Source: Candidatus Kaiserbacteria bacterium (GTDB taxonomy: Bacteria; Patescibacteriota; Minisyncoccia; Phycocordibacterales; UBA2100). From it: DNA of 64,000 nt. Shown here one piece after another: positions 19,819-29,929 of the stretch; the first letter of the stretch is position 1; every line of letters starts with the position of its first letter. The notes under the pieces are model-generated. The model saw nothing but the letters and a program-made list of their open reading frames with translations. It was not told the DNA's origin and did no database searches. The stretch spans positions 30,158-94,157 of the forward strand of contig JACROD010000020.1 in NCBI GenBank assembly GCA_016214605.1. The letters are read 5' to 3'. Made by a program: the position numbers and the translations under genes.

Positions 19819-20331
19819 ATGGACCCGTCCGCTTTTCGCCTTGATGACGGCAAGAATGACTGGAATATCTTTTTTGCGGTCTTTTTTCTCGCTGTCCTGA
19901 TCGTCTCTGTCTGGAGTATATGGATGATCCGTGGTGGCTTCCCAGTGTCGGTCCCCATTTTTGATGCGATTCTCATGGCTTTTGCGGCGATGCGGATCGT
20001 GCGGCTCGTCGTTTATGATTCGATCACCGGATTCTTCCGCGAATACTTCATGGAGGTGCGTATCACCGATGTGTCGGGCAAGCGGCTCGTCGAAGTGGTG
20101 CCGGCTAAGCGCGGTGCGCGAGGCACACTCTATGACTTGGTGCGTTGTCCGTGGTGTATCGGCATGTGGGCGGGACTCATTGTCACATTTTGCTACTTCG
20201 TCTTTCCCTGGGCGTGGTATGTCATCCTTTTTCTTGCCGTTTCGGGTGCGGCATCGTCTTTGCAAGTGCTTATGAATCTGATCGGTTGGGAAGCCGAGGA
20301 CTACAAGCTCGACACCTGGTCCAAGGAGTGA
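19819..20331 (+). CDS. DUF1360-like membrane protein
   Basis: RIVRLVVYDSIT and LVRCPWCIGMW motifs. Confidence 0.8.
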   Translation: MDPSAFRLDDGKNDWNIFFAVFFLAVLIVSVWSIWMIRGGFPVSVPIFDAILMAFAAMRIVRLVVYDSITGFFREYFMEVRITDVSGKRLVEVVPAKRGARGTLYDLVRCPWCIGMWAGLIVTFCYFVFPWAWYVILFLAVSGAASSLQVLMNLIGWEAEDYKLDTWSKE

Positions 20332-20383
20332 ACCGGCAACAAAAAGCCCCTTGTCGGGGCTTTTTGGTTTATTGTGTTTTGGT

Positions 20384-21238
20384 TTATTTGACCTCGCCCA
20401 TGAAGCGGGTGAACTCTTCTGGAGACTTTTCCATTGACATTTTATATCTCAACAGGTATCTCTAAGGAAGTGTTCTTTAACAAAAGGAACAACAGAGATG
20501 AGTGTATTGGCCGATAAGCGGGTGCCGTTCGCGGTACTTGTTGTAGATGTGTCCGAAGACTGGGAAGAGGTTGTCAAAGATCATGAGCGAGGATATGCGA
20601 TTGATTTCGAAAATTTTGGGTCAGGAGGATATAAGGCTACAGGATTAACATCCCTCGATATCGAGTATCCGCATGGATCGGTTAGGGCAGGGTTCAATGC
20701 CATCATCGATACGGTGCGTATTGCGTACAAACTCAAGATCCCGACATTTGCGGTCCATACGACTGATGAATGGTCAGATGGTGACGAAGTCACCTGTGAG
20801 TCGCTCCAGTCTTATATACCGAAAGAGCATCAGGCTTACAAGGGAGACTTTAGTGCCTTTGTCGATCCCTGTCGGTTCGAAGGTGAAGGGATCGCTGCCA
20901 AGATCGAACGTGTCCGACCGGAGCATCTCATGATTCTTGGATATGACCGGGATCATTGCGTGCTGGCGACGGTGAAGGATGCGGTAGCGCGCGGATACAA
21001 AGTGGTGACGTCCGAGCACTGTATGCTAACCAAAGCGGATTCGACAAGACGGGATGAGACACTTGCGTATTATCGAGAGCATACCCAACACATCGAGGCG
21101 CTTTCCGAAGTGTGGAACTATCTATGGTCACATCGTTGTCTCTCATAATGGGTTCAGATATAAAAAAGCCGCGACTCAACGAGTCGCGGCTTTTCTTTGA
21201 CATCAAAATTATTTGACCTCGCCCATGAAGCGGGTGAA
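20384..21238. repeat. 30-bp direct repeat of the rplT 3' end (20384-20413 and 21209-21238)
   Basis: ttatttgacctcgcccatgaagcgggtgaa occurs twice, flanking one gene; each copy has an adjacent bidirectional terminator. Confidence 0.92.
20498..21148 (+). CDS. Isochorismatase/cysteine hydrolase family protein
   Basis: AVLVVD, K..FSAF, GYDRDHCVLATVKDAVARGYKV. Confidence 0.8.
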   Translation: MSVLADKRVPFAVLVVDVSEDWEEVVKDHERGYAIDFENFGSGGYKATGLTSLDIEYPHGSVRAGFNAIIDTVRIAYKLKIPTFAVHTTDEWSDGDEVTCESLQSYIPKEHQAYKGDFSAFVDPCRFEGEGIAAKIERVRPEHLMILGYDRDHCVLATVKDAVARGYKVVTSEHCMLTKADSTRRDETLAYYREHTQHIEALSEVWNYLWSHRCLS

Positions 21239-21553
21239 GACTTCCGGGTGGTCTTTGGCGAGATCGGCCATGACCTTGCGGTCGAGGGCGATGTTGCCTT
21301 TCTTGAGGGTGTCGATGAATTTGGAGTAGGAGATACCCATCGGGCGGACGGCAGCGTTGATGCGGATGGTCCAGACATTGCGGGCAAGGCGTTTCTTGGT
21401 CTTGCGGTCGCGGAACGCATTGCGGCCTGCATGGAAGATGGCCTCCTTGGCGGTGCGCTCTTTGGTGGAGCGGCCGAAGCGGTAGCCCTTGGTCTGAGCC
21501 AAGACATTTCGGCGGCGCTTAAGCTTTGTGGTACCTCGTTTGACGCGTGACAT
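21209..21553 (-). CDS. rplT: 50S ribosomal protein bL20
   Basis: MSRVKRG..., AFRDRK.KKR..R.VW..RINAA. Confidence 0.97.
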   Translation of the reverse strand: MSRVKRGTTKLKRRRNVLAQTKGYRFGRSTKERTAKEAIFHAGRNAFRDRKTKKRLARNVWTIRINAAVRPMGISYSKFIDTLKKGNIALDRKVMADLAKDHPEVFTRFMGEVK

Positions 21554-21604
21554 ACGGAATAGTGATTAGCCATTAGGGTTTAGGGTATAGTAAAAAATAC
21601 GAAC

Positions 21605-21787
21605 TCAACTTGGCAAATAACGACTGCGATCACTGATGGACATATTGATGCTCACTGATCGAGCGTGGCGCATGCGGCTACTGCCGGATTGCTTGGCATT
21701 GAAATGGTTTTGGCCCGGAGCGCGGGCAACGATCTTGCCAGTGCGAGTGACACGCAGTCTTTTTGAGAATGATTTGTTGGTTTTCAT
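21605..21787 (-). CDS. rpmI: 50S ribosomal protein bL35
   Basis: MKTNKSFSKRLRVTRTGK; located between infC and rplT. Confidence 0.92.
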   Translation of the reverse strand: MKTNKSFSKRLRVTRTGKIVARAPGQNHFNAKQSGSSRMRHARSVSINMSISDRSRYLPS

Positions 21788-21791
21788 AGGT

Positions 21792-22427
21792 TTATTCTTC
21801 TTCCGCTTCAGCTACGTCTGCCTCGGGGAGAGGCTCCTTTGGGGCCACAGGTGCCCTGTCCTTAACAGGGGCGCTTGCTTTCTTGGAGGTATCACGCTCA
21901 AGCACGACCGAGAGGCCCTTGGGGCTTTTCTTGATCTCATCGGCGATTTTATACGATTCCGGGATTATTGCAAGGAAACGCTCAAGACGGTCTTTGAGGA
22001 ACTCAAAATCCATATATTTATAGCGCCCCCAGAGGAATAGGTCGACTTTGACCCGGTGACCCTCCCTCAGCCATTGGGCCGCTTTTGAGGCCTTAATGTG
22101 CATATCGCGCTCGGAGGTGCCGATCTTGACCTGGGTGACCTTGGTCTCGGTCACGACGGCTTTGGCCTTCACATCCTTGTCTTTTTTCTTTTGTTCGTAC
22201 TTGTACTTGCCGTAATCGGTGATCTTGGCCACGGGGGGATTGGCATTGGGGGAGATCTCGATGAGGTCGAGGCCCAGAGCGGCGGCTTTATCGAGGGCTT
22301 CGCGTATCGGCAAGACGCCGACGTTCTCGCCTTCGGGGCCGATGACGCGTACTTCACGCGCACGTATGCCCTCGTTCATCCGGACGCGCTCCTTTTCCGC
22401 TTGTGACGTGTATTTGGTGAATCCCAT
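21792..22427 (-). CDS. infC: Translation initiation factor IF-3
   Basis: NEGIRAREVRVIG, LDLIEISPNANPPVAKITDYGKYKYE. Confidence 0.96.
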   Translation of the reverse strand: MGFTKYTSQAEKERVRMNEGIRAREVRVIGPEGENVGVLPIREALDKAAALGLDLIEISPNANPPVAKITDYGKYKYEQKKKDKDVKAKAVVTETKVTQVKIGTSERDMHIKASKAAQWLREGHRVKVDLFLWGRYKYMDFEFLKDRLERFLAIIPESYKIADEIKKSPKGLSVVLERDTSKKASAPVKDRAPVAPKEPLPEADVAEAEEE

Positions 22428-22471
22428 TTGTAGCGATTACTGTACCACGGGTGGAGTCAAAAATATAGGCT

Positions 22472-24397
22472 CTAGAGAGAGGTGGGCGTCGGTTGTTGGA
22501 TGATGCGCAGATAGGTCAGGATGCCCTCGATCGTCCAGCGGATGTTCCTAAAAGCACTCTGCAGGAGGGTCAACTGCGAAGGGGAGTAGGATTCGCTGGC
22601 GATGCCGTTGAATCCGTTCGGGGAAGCTTGTTCGAAGGTGTTGATCGGTATGAAAATATCGGGGATACCATTGGGGTAGATCATGCGCGATCCGCTGAAG
22701 GTCGAGGGAAGTATGTCGCTCAGGGGGGTACCGTTGCCCAGGCCCTGCAGCCGGATCGCGCTTATATCCGCCTCGGTGAGGACAGTGCTGTTGATAATGG
22801 GAACCGGAGCCGCTGTGCCCGCGCCGGTCAGGCGCTCGATCTGCTCGAGGATGCGCGAGGGGATAGTACTCAGAGGCGTGTTTGCAGTGCCGGTGGTCGT
22901 CCCGGTCGATGAGGTGGAGGTTGCCGTGGCGCAGTTGACTCCGTCTGTCGCACAGCCGTATTGGCAGGTCTGAAGCACCTGCATTGCGCAGAGATTCGTC
23001 TGTTGGTAAACGACGCCACTTTGGCAAGCTACGCGTGGTGTGCACTGTGAACTGTCTATCACCGTGGAGCCCTGGCCCGAAGTGCCAGTCCCTCCCGTCT
23101 GGGTGCTCCCTGCGGGCACTGTGCCGCTCGGAGATTGTGATCCGGTCGGCGCTCCGCCGCCTGGAGGCATTCCTCCTTGCATCCCGCCGGGTTGTTGACC
23201 TCCCATTTGTGGCATATTTTGGTTTTGGGAGAAAGGTACGCACTGATTATTGATCATCAGGGATCCCTGCGGACATTGCTGGTTGTATTGTTGCTGGGTA
23301 CAGCTGATTACTTGACCGTTGTAGACAGCATAGGCCGAAGAGCCGTTGCACTGAGTGGGCAAACACTGTCCATTGGCAAAGACGTACCCGAATTGGCAGT
23401 ATGATTGAGATTGAGTGGGCAAGCACCGTATATCAATCGGGTCCATAGATACAGCCGTTGCTGTTGATCCGAGCGGACAAGTGAGAGGAGAATTAGATGG
23501 TATGCATTGGCCGTTGTAGAGGACGTAACCGATTTGGCAGCTTCCACCGACGGGATAAAAAGGATTTTCCGTCGAAGGATCAGCTATGTCAGGGTCTTGA
23601 GCGGGAGATCGAGGAGTGCCTGTGGTGGAGGGCTGTTGAGAGCCGGGTGTTGTGCTACTGGGGGATTGAGTGGGGGTTGTCGCAGAGCCCGCCCCCCTGC
23701 AAGACGATTGAGGCTGCATATGTACTGCATCGGTCGTAGGCAATGTAAAAATAAGATTCATGTTGGATGCAAGCCTTTGGAGCTCGGTCTGTCTGCCGGA
23801 TTGTGATTTGATATCCAAGGCGATGCCGCCGACATGCGGACATGAAGAAAAATTTGTACATTGGTTTTTGCGTCCGCAGACCACCGTATTGCTAGTGTCC
23901 AGACATGAGGCCCTTTGATGTGCGACCGTGCGCAGTGCGGCGGTGATGCACGGATTCAGCCCCTGTGCTTTAGCGGCATTCAAGAACTTGGCGGCACATA
24001 CGAGGAATTTTGGATCCATCCCCTGATTAGGCGAGGTGAAGTATACATTGGTCTGCTTGAGTGTGGCGGCACTAAGGGTTGAATCGTAGCCAACCTTGTA
24101 ACCGGGACACACAAAGCCGGCCAATTCCTGCTGGGACTGCAATGCCCCAGTATTATTGAGACCGAGCTGATCAAGGAGTGTCTGGCTCAGACAAGTGCTG
24201 AGGGGTATGTTTGATCCGTTTAATTTTTGGAAGTTAGATACATCTTCGGTGGTCGCTTTTCGGACCGTCCCGGCGGGGCATCCGGTAATGTCGGCGTGTG
24301 CGGGGGTAGTATATAGTATTGAAATAAGCGCAAACACCAGTACGAAAAGATAAAAAGGAAAAGATGTAAAAGATCCATTTCTGTGGATGAGAAGCAT
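22472..24397 (-). CDS. Secreted protein with M15-like Zn peptidase domain, Cys-rich repeats and low-complexity linkers
   Basis: Signal peptide ending AHA; ALRTVAHQ, SCPHVGGIALDI, DAVHMQ; repeated C..GY....GQC.P. Confidence 0.7.
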   Translation of the reverse strand: MLLIHRNGSFTSFPFYLFVLVFALISILYTTPAHADITGCPAGTVRKATTEDVSNFQKLNGSNIPLSTCLSQTLLDQLGLNNTGALQSQQELAGFVCPGYKVGYDSTLSAATLKQTNVYFTSPNQGMDPKFLVCAAKFLNAAKAQGLNPCITAALRTVAHQRASCLDTSNTVVCGRKNQCTNFSSCPHVGGIALDIKSQSGRQTELQRLASNMNLIFTLPTTDAVHMQPQSSCRGAGSATTPTQSPSSTTPGSQQPSTTGTPRSPAQDPDIADPSTENPFYPVGGSCQIGYVLYNGQCIPSNSPLTCPLGSTATAVSMDPIDIRCLPTQSQSYCQFGYVFANGQCLPTQCNGSSAYAVYNGQVISCTQQQYNQQCPQGSLMINNQCVPFSQNQNMPQMGGQQPGGMQGGMPPGGGAPTGSQSPSGTVPAGSTQTGGTGTSGQGSTVIDSSQCTPRVACQSGVVYQQTNLCAMQVLQTCQYGCATDGVNCATATSTSSTGTTTGTANTPLSTIPSRILEQIERLTGAGTAAPVPIINSTVLTEADISAIRLQGLGNGTPLSDILPSTFSGSRMIYPNGIPDIFIPINTFEQASPNGFNGIASESYSPSQLTLLQSAFRNIRWTIEGILTYLRIIQQPTPTSL

Positions 24398-24539
24398 AGG
24401 TACAGTGTAGCGTATTGAAGACTTATATTATTTGTTATCCACCCTATTTTCATGCTGTTTGTGCAAAAATGATTCACATGGCATGGTTGCAGCAGAGTGT
24501 CGATGCCAAAGATGGAAGTAGATTGGAAGGAGTGAAAAG

Positions 24540-24971
24540 ATGATGAAGTGCGTCATCACTGGGTTTGTAGTCGCTTTCATGTCCATAGGGAGTGCGGTCG
24601 CAGAGCAACAGTACGAGGCGGATGTGGCCACGTCGCAAGAGATGCGGCAAATGGCCAGAAATCGGCAGGCAATGACAAAAGATGCCCTTGCTCCGGCACT
24701 CAGCGAGCAAGGGAAATGGCAGAGTAGGGAATGGATGTTTGTCGTTGGTTATGCTGATGTGAAGGTTACGTTCCATAAGCTCGGGTATGTGGGGTGCGGC
24801 TATATACATCTCCAGAAAACCGGGTATGTTCCTGTCTGCAACTATCGATCGGTCTATGATATGTTGACGTCCAAGGATCAGGATCAGATCAATGAAGCGA
24901 TCACTCTCATCGAGATCTATGCCATGCATGCCGGACTAATACCGTATGGACAGCCAGATTCCCATGACTGA
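24540..24971 (+). CDS. Hypothetical secreted protein
   Basis: Signal-peptide-like N-terminus, AAGGAG SD, downstream hairpin. Confidence 0.6.
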   Translation: MMKCVITGFVVAFMSIGSAVAEQQYEADVATSQEMRQMARNRQAMTKDALAPALSEQGKWQSREWMFVVGYADVKVTFHKLGYVGCGYIHLQKTGYVPVCNYRSVYDMLTSKDQDQINEAITLIEIYAMHAGLIPYGQPDSHD

Positions 24972-25067
24972 CGTTGATCTTTGTCCTATAAAGCTCGCCA
25001 CTGCGCGGGCTTTTCTTTTTCAATAAGAATGCCACGCGAAACCAAAGGTCTCGCGTGGCGTGTTTTT

Positions 25068-26084
25068 TCAGAAAGAATATTTGCCTGCTCGTTGCAAGGC
25101 TTCGTTGAGCTCATCGCGCGAGGTCCTGGCTGCTAGAGCGGCCGCGTCGGCATATTTTTCCGGATCGGTCTGATAGGGTCCCTTCATGTATGCGAAGGTG
25201 ATCGCACGTGAAGAGTTGACCGCACAGCCGAGACCGTCTCGTCTTGCGCCAGCGACTGCTTGATCGGCTGTGCCTCCTTGTCCGCCGTATCCCGGCACCA
25301 AAAGCCATGAGTAGGGCAAAGCAGCGCGCATCCAAGGCGCGTCTTCCGGATACGTGGCTCCCATCACCGCGCCGACATTACGGTATCCGTAGATGCCTTC
25401 AGTGCCGACGCCCCATTCATTGATCATCTCTGCCAGTTCTTGCCATACCTTGAGTCCTGACTTCGTATCCAACTGCTCGACACGAGAGTTTGGCTTGAAC
25501 GAGGTCTTGGTGACGACAAAGATACCGGTACCATACTTATTGACTGATGGTCGTACAAATCTCTTCACGCAGTCATCCCCGATGTATCCATGCACGGTTA
25601 CGGCGTCGACTCGAAGAGGGGAACGTATACGGGAGAGCTCCTCGGGAGCATTTTCATTCAAGGACCACCACGGGACTTCGCCGATATGTCCATCTGCGTA
25701 CGCGTCGGCGGTGTCACCGCCGTCTCCACGCTTTGCGTCTTCGATGACAATTAATCCTTTGTCGTAGGCGTACTTGACCGTCTCCTCAAAAGCCCAGATA
25801 CCCCACATTCCGTAGGCTTCGTAGAAAGCCATTTGAGGTTTGACTGCGATTGCGAATTCGGCGATGGCGTCAATGCTCCTCTTGTTAAACTCGAGGAATA
25901 AACGACCAATCCCCTCGAAGCTCTTTCCGTACAAGTTGGCCATAAGCGTCCTCAAGTGCACGGGAATGTAACGGAGCTGTGGGTCGAGACCGGCGACGAG
26001 AATACTTTTTTTCGCATAGGCGGCCTCGACGAGGCTATCTGCGAAGTGTCGTTCCGTGGTCGGCAAATTGGGTCCAGGTATCAT
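25068..26084 (-). CDS. pyrF: Orotidine-5'-phosphate decarboxylase
   Basis: GLDP, KPQMAFYE, DAKRGD, GAVMGATYP, LVPGYGGQGG, NSSRAI. Confidence 0.93.
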   Translation of the reverse strand: MIPGPNLPTTERHFADSLVEAAYAKKSILVAGLDPQLRYIPVHLRTLMANLYGKSFEGIGRLFLEFNKRSIDAIAEFAIAVKPQMAFYEAYGMWGIWAFEETVKYAYDKGLIVIEDAKRGDGGDTADAYADGHIGEVPWWSLNENAPEELSRIRSPLRVDAVTVHGYIGDDCVKRFVRPSVNKYGTGIFVVTKTSFKPNSRVEQLDTKSGLKVWQELAEMINEWGVGTEGIYGYRNVGAVMGATYPEDAPWMRAALPYSWLLVPGYGGQGGTADQAVAGARRDGLGCAVNSSRAITFAYMKGPYQTDPEKYADAAALAARTSRDELNEALQRAGKYSF

Positions 26085-26200
26085 GTTTCTACTCCCTATA
26101 GTTGCTCGGTCGCGTTGAGCAAGTTCCGCGAGTACTTTACACACAAATCAAAAAAAGAAAAGGCCGGCACTCTGGCGAGTGCCGGCATGATTGTCTTTGA

Positions 26201-26842
26201 TCAGTCTGTTTGCTGACTAAGCTTTGCAAGATATTCTTTTCCCTTGCCGACATTGGTGTTGATCGGTATTTTCTTGAGGTCATCGGGCATATCGGATTCG
26301 TCCCACGCCTCAAACGGTTTGTTGACCAGCGAAGTGAGCAGGGGGACGCTACCGACCATTGATGCGGTGACACCGCCGCGATTCCATAATGCGCCAACAG
26401 CAACCACATGGCCTCCGCAACGTCGCACAGCGTTTATGCCCCCTTCCGCCGATCCTCCAGTATTGAGGATGTCCTCTACAAACGCGACCTTCTTGCCGGA
26501 CATGGCCTCATCATAGCCGCGCTTCAGTATGAAACCGCCACCATCTTTTTCAGCAAATGCTGCCTGTACATCCAGACCAATGAGTTCGGACATATGCAAC
26601 GCAACGAGCTGTGAGAGAATGATGCCGCCTTTTTCAGGTCCGACCACGATTTCGACACCAAGATCCACAAACTCTTCCGCGAGTCCGTAGCAGAGTTCCG
26701 AGCAGATCACGGGATTGAGGTATATCCGGTCTTTGTTGACGTATACATGCCCGTGCTTGCCGGATGTGTAGACGAAGTGGCCGTAAAGAAGTACCCCAGC
26801 CCGCTCCATGAGCTCCAGTGCGCGAGACTCTTCCATACCCAT
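26201..26842 (-). CDS. pyrE: Orotate phosphoribosyltransferase
   Basis: GHFVYTSGKH, VEDILNTGGS PRPP-binding motif; GAGGAG SD before ATG 26842; adjacent to pyrF. Confidence 0.88.
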   Translation of the reverse strand: MGMEESRALELMERAGVLLYGHFVYTSGKHGHVYVNKDRIYLNPVICSELCYGLAEEFVDLGVEIVVGPEKGGIILSQLVALHMSELIGLDVQAAFAEKDGGGFILKRGYDEAMSGKKVAFVEDILNTGGSAEGGINAVRRCGGHVVAVGALWNRGGVTASMVGSVPLLTSLVNKPFEAWDESDMPDDLKKIPINTNVGKGKEYLAKLSQQTD

Positions 26843-27012
26843 TAACTCCTCTATTCGAGACCCTATCGTCTCTCCGAGGGAGAGGATATAGGTATTTGGG
26901 TAAAAAGGGAAGCGATTCCTCGTAGTCTGACTACGAGGGGCCGCCAGCATTGATAATTCAGATTTTTCCTGTACAACAATGCGAGCATTGTTCAAAAAAG
27001 AGGAGCGGACAC

Positions 27013-27600
27013 ATGATCTTCGAACCGCTGACCAAGAAGCTTTGGACTCGCATCAATCTAGAGGTCAGGGCTTGTGTCCAAGAAGGGGAAGAGCGCGCGA
27101 CGGTCGCGACCATTATACGGCGTCGCGGCAAGTATTTGATCATCACGAGTAGTCATGGTGCGGGAGGCGGATATTTTAATCCGGGCATCGTGAAAGGGGG
27201 CGTGGAAAGAGGCGAGACCGCGCTCGCGGCGCTCTTTCGAGAGATTCCCCAAGAGCTTGGAATCCGCCGCGCCCTACTCAAGCTCATAGGGTATGGCGGC
27301 GCGTATAGTGTGGCATCGACCAGTGCTCGAAAGAAGGGGTACACGAAAAAACGCTACTATATCTTCTATGTGACATATACCGGTCCGCAAAAGCTGCGGA
27401 TCAATGGCGAATTGTCCGGATTCTATTGGATGACACTGCCGGAGGTACACCGTGTGCTGCAGGTCCTTCTGCTTCCGCCAGAGCGACAAGAAAAATTCGA
27501 CGTCCTGACGGATGCCTTCTCGAGCCTTCAGGAGCAAAAAGGAACGCTGTTCGTCAAGAAGAAAAGGAAGTCCAGCACCAAAAAGCCGCCCCGTCATTGA
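27013..27600 (+). CDS. NUDIX hydrolase
   Basis: KGGVERGETALAALFREIPQELG degenerate Nudix box; GAGGAG SD. Confidence 0.75.
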   Translation: MIFEPLTKKLWTRINLEVRACVQEGEERATVATIIRRRGKYLIITSSHGAGGGYFNPGIVKGGVERGETALAALFREIPQELGIRRALLKLIGYGGAYSVASTSARKKGYTKKRYYIFYVTYTGPQKLRINGELSGFYWMTLPEVHRVLQVLLLPPERQEKFDVLTDAFSSLQEQKGTLFVKKKRKSSTKKPPRH

Positions 27601-27830
27601 TATGACCGGGCGGCTCTCTCAAGGAGCTACGGCACCGTGGTCTTGGTGCCAGTAAGTGTACGGAACTTTGCGCGCATCTTACCGTCACCGATATAGATCA
27701 CGCTCGCGCTCTGGCCGGTGGCGCTGACCTGCTCATAGTGGCACTGGTGATGGCCCGCCTGCGCGAAGACACTCGTAAAGGTGTGGAAAAATGTCGAGAG
27801 AGTGCAAAAACAATGTCATACTCAGGGTAT

Positions 27831-29285
27831 ATGTCCGAAGAGACACCCCTACTTCCCGTAGGACAACCGATGTCGCCGACCGATCCAAAACCGGCACCTT
27901 CGTCTGCACCGACTCCCATCACGCACTCCATGCCGCTTTCGTCCGCTGTATTTTCGGCCTCTATGTCGGATACGCCGATCCCGGCGAAGGTGCCCGCAAC
28001 TCCTGCAGCTCCCGTCTCTCCCATAGCGTCCGCACCTACTCCCAAACCCACCACTCCCGTAGCGCCCATAACTCCGGCGTCGACTCCAATACCTCCGGTC
28101 TCGGCACCAAAAACCGCTCCACCCGTTCAGGTGATGTCGAGTGCGCCAAAAGCGACAGAGTCGGAAATGATCGTTTTCAATCCGTTCATGCCTTCTACGC
28201 AAGAAGAAATCACGCCTGTCAATGCTGTGCCGCTTGCCGTGGCACCCGTTGTACCGAAGAGTCCGACGCCGTCATCGGTGCCACTCTCGACGCCTCAGTC
28301 TATGTCGGATGATTTCGCCACTATTATTCATGAAAGCATTATCCCCAAGAGCACGCCGCTAACACCATCTACGCCGCCCGTCACCAATAGAGCTGCCGAT
28401 CAGCAGTCGCCCGTGCCGACAGATGTTACGCACACAGCACCTGTCGCTCAGAAGCCGGAAGCGCCTCGTACGTCTGAAGTCCCGGACGTCGGCCTGCAGA
28501 GGATGCCAAAGCCGCCGATGCCGGTGAACGGCAAACCCACACTTGCAGAAGCACTCAAGCCCTATGTCAAACAAGCAACCGCGTCGAAAGGTCCGAGTAT
28601 GGCCGTCTCAGTCTTTCTCATCCCGCTGGCCGCCGCCATTGTCATTTTGATGGGTGTGGGGATTCGATTTGTCGCGCCGACGCTCGTCAATACGCTCAAG
28701 GATATTCTCGCGACATCCAATCTTTCACTCCTCGGGACTCAAGTGGGGCCACCTGTGTTTGTGGCATTTGTGCTCATGCTTTTGTGCTGGTGGTGGGGGA
28801 GGGAGATACAGGTCGGTGAGCGGCGCGCGGTCATCGGATTTTTGTGGGGTGTGTCGCTCTATACGCTCCTTACGTATGCGCTCCTTGCCGGCTATAAGTA
28901 CGGATTCGTCCCGTACGCGGCTGCGCAGCCGCAGGACGGCTCGTTTGAGGTCGCACTCATGGCCTCTATAGTCGCGCCCTTGTGGTTTGTCGCCATGTTT
29001 GGCGGCCTGATCCTCACGATGTCTTTTCTCGTGATGTCTTCGACCGCACAACCGCGCATCCCGCCGCTCATGGCGTCCGTGATCACACTCGCGTCTCGAT
29101 GGCTTGTCGTCCTCATCGCGATCATCGCGTCGCTCTATGTATTTGACGCAGCGTCGTACTTCGCGCCGCTCACGCATCAGCCGATGCTTTGCCAGTACCA
29201 ATATAACGCCGCGCATCGAGATTCGTGCATGGGCGCGATGGGCGTTTCCTCTACAGCGTCCGCCGCGATGACGCAGGCGCAGTGA
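27831..29285 (+). CDS. Membrane protein with long Pro/Ser/Thr-rich N-terminus
   Basis: About 250 aa low-complexity region followed by 5-6 hydrophobic helices; start uncertain. Confidence 0.7.
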   Translation: MSEETPLLPVGQPMSPTDPKPAPSSAPTPITHSMPLSSAVFSASMSDTPIPAKVPATPAAPVSPIASAPTPKPTTPVAPITPASTPIPPVSAPKTAPPVQVMSSAPKATESEMIVFNPFMPSTQEEITPVNAVPLAVAPVVPKSPTPSSVPLSTPQSMSDDFATIIHESIIPKSTPLTPSTPPVTNRAADQQSPVPTDVTHTAPVAQKPEAPRTSEVPDVGLQRMPKPPMPVNGKPTLAEALKPYVKQATASKGPSMAVSVFLIPLAAAIVILMGVGIRFVAPTLVNTLKDILATSNLSLLGTQVGPPVFVAFVLMLLCWWWGREIQVGERRAVIGFLWGVSLYTLLTYALLAGYKYGFVPYAAAQPQDGSFEVALMASIVAPLWFVAMFGGLILTMSFLVMSSTAQPRIPPLMASVITLASRWLVVLIAIIASLYVFDAASYFAPLTHQPMLCQYQYNAAHRDSCMGAMGVSSTASAAMTQAQ

Positions 29286-29293
29286 TCGTCACG

Positions 29294-29490
29294 TTACTTC
29301 CGCAAGATTTCTTCCATCGGCTTGCCTTTTGTCAGCTCGTCGATTAGTTTGTCGAGATAGCGAATCCCGCATCACTGGCTCCTTGATGTCTTCGACGCGG
29401 ACGCCACAGATCACGCCGGTGATGAGCTTGCGCGCGGGATTCATCTTGGGGGCTTTGGCGAAGAAGGTCTCAAAGTCGATTTGCTGCACT
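29294..29490 (-). pseudogene. 5'-truncated, frameshifted DUF2200-like remnant
   Basis: DFETFFAKAPKMNPARKLITGVICGVRVEDIKEPVMR, then a frameshift to IRYLDKLIDELTKGKPMEEILRK*. Confidence 0.75.
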
Positions 29491-29538
29491 CGCACCTCCA
29501 AAACAAAACACTCCGCCTCAAGCGGAGTGTTTTGTAAT

Positions 29539-29929
29539 TGGTGGAGGTGCGGGGAATTGAACCCCGGTCCAAAGAAAGATGTCGTGTATGGTCTACGTCG
29601 CGTAGGTCATCTGGTTTTTTTAAGAACAACGTAATCAAGATGAACAGAAATACGGTGTACCGAGCTCTTGTCTTAGATACATGTCGAGCGGCATGTATCA
29701 GTGCCTGATAGGTTTGACGCCTCGCGAATTCTACTCAGGTGATCAAATTCGGAGACGGAGCTTAGGCTACGAGAGCGTAAGCTGGCTGCAAATCTGCCAT
29801 CTGGATAGGTGACAAAACTGCCCGTGCTACTTTGTTCGCACTTAGGTTTTTGTGGCGGTTTGAAAAGTCACCACAGCTTTGCGACGCACATACAGGAATC
29901 GGTTTCCCTGTCGAAGCCAAGTCACCCCC
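29539..29929 (-). ncRNA. ssrA: tmRNA
   Basis: 5' GGGGGTGACTTGGCTTCGAC, 3' GGTTCAATTCCCCGCACCTCCACCA, G3.U pair; tag ANKVARAVLSPIQMADLQPAYALVA*; downstream of smpB. Confidence 0.95.

Noticed and set aside
26860-26950. Palindrome cctcgtagtcagactacgagg upstream of pyrE as a PyrR site
   Set aside because: No AGTCCAGAGAGGCT-like PyrR consensus and no pyrR gene in the window
27628-27745. Minus-strand fragment HYEQVSATGQSASVIYIGDGKMRAKF
   Set aside because: Looks like a decayed gene piece without a supportable start or identity
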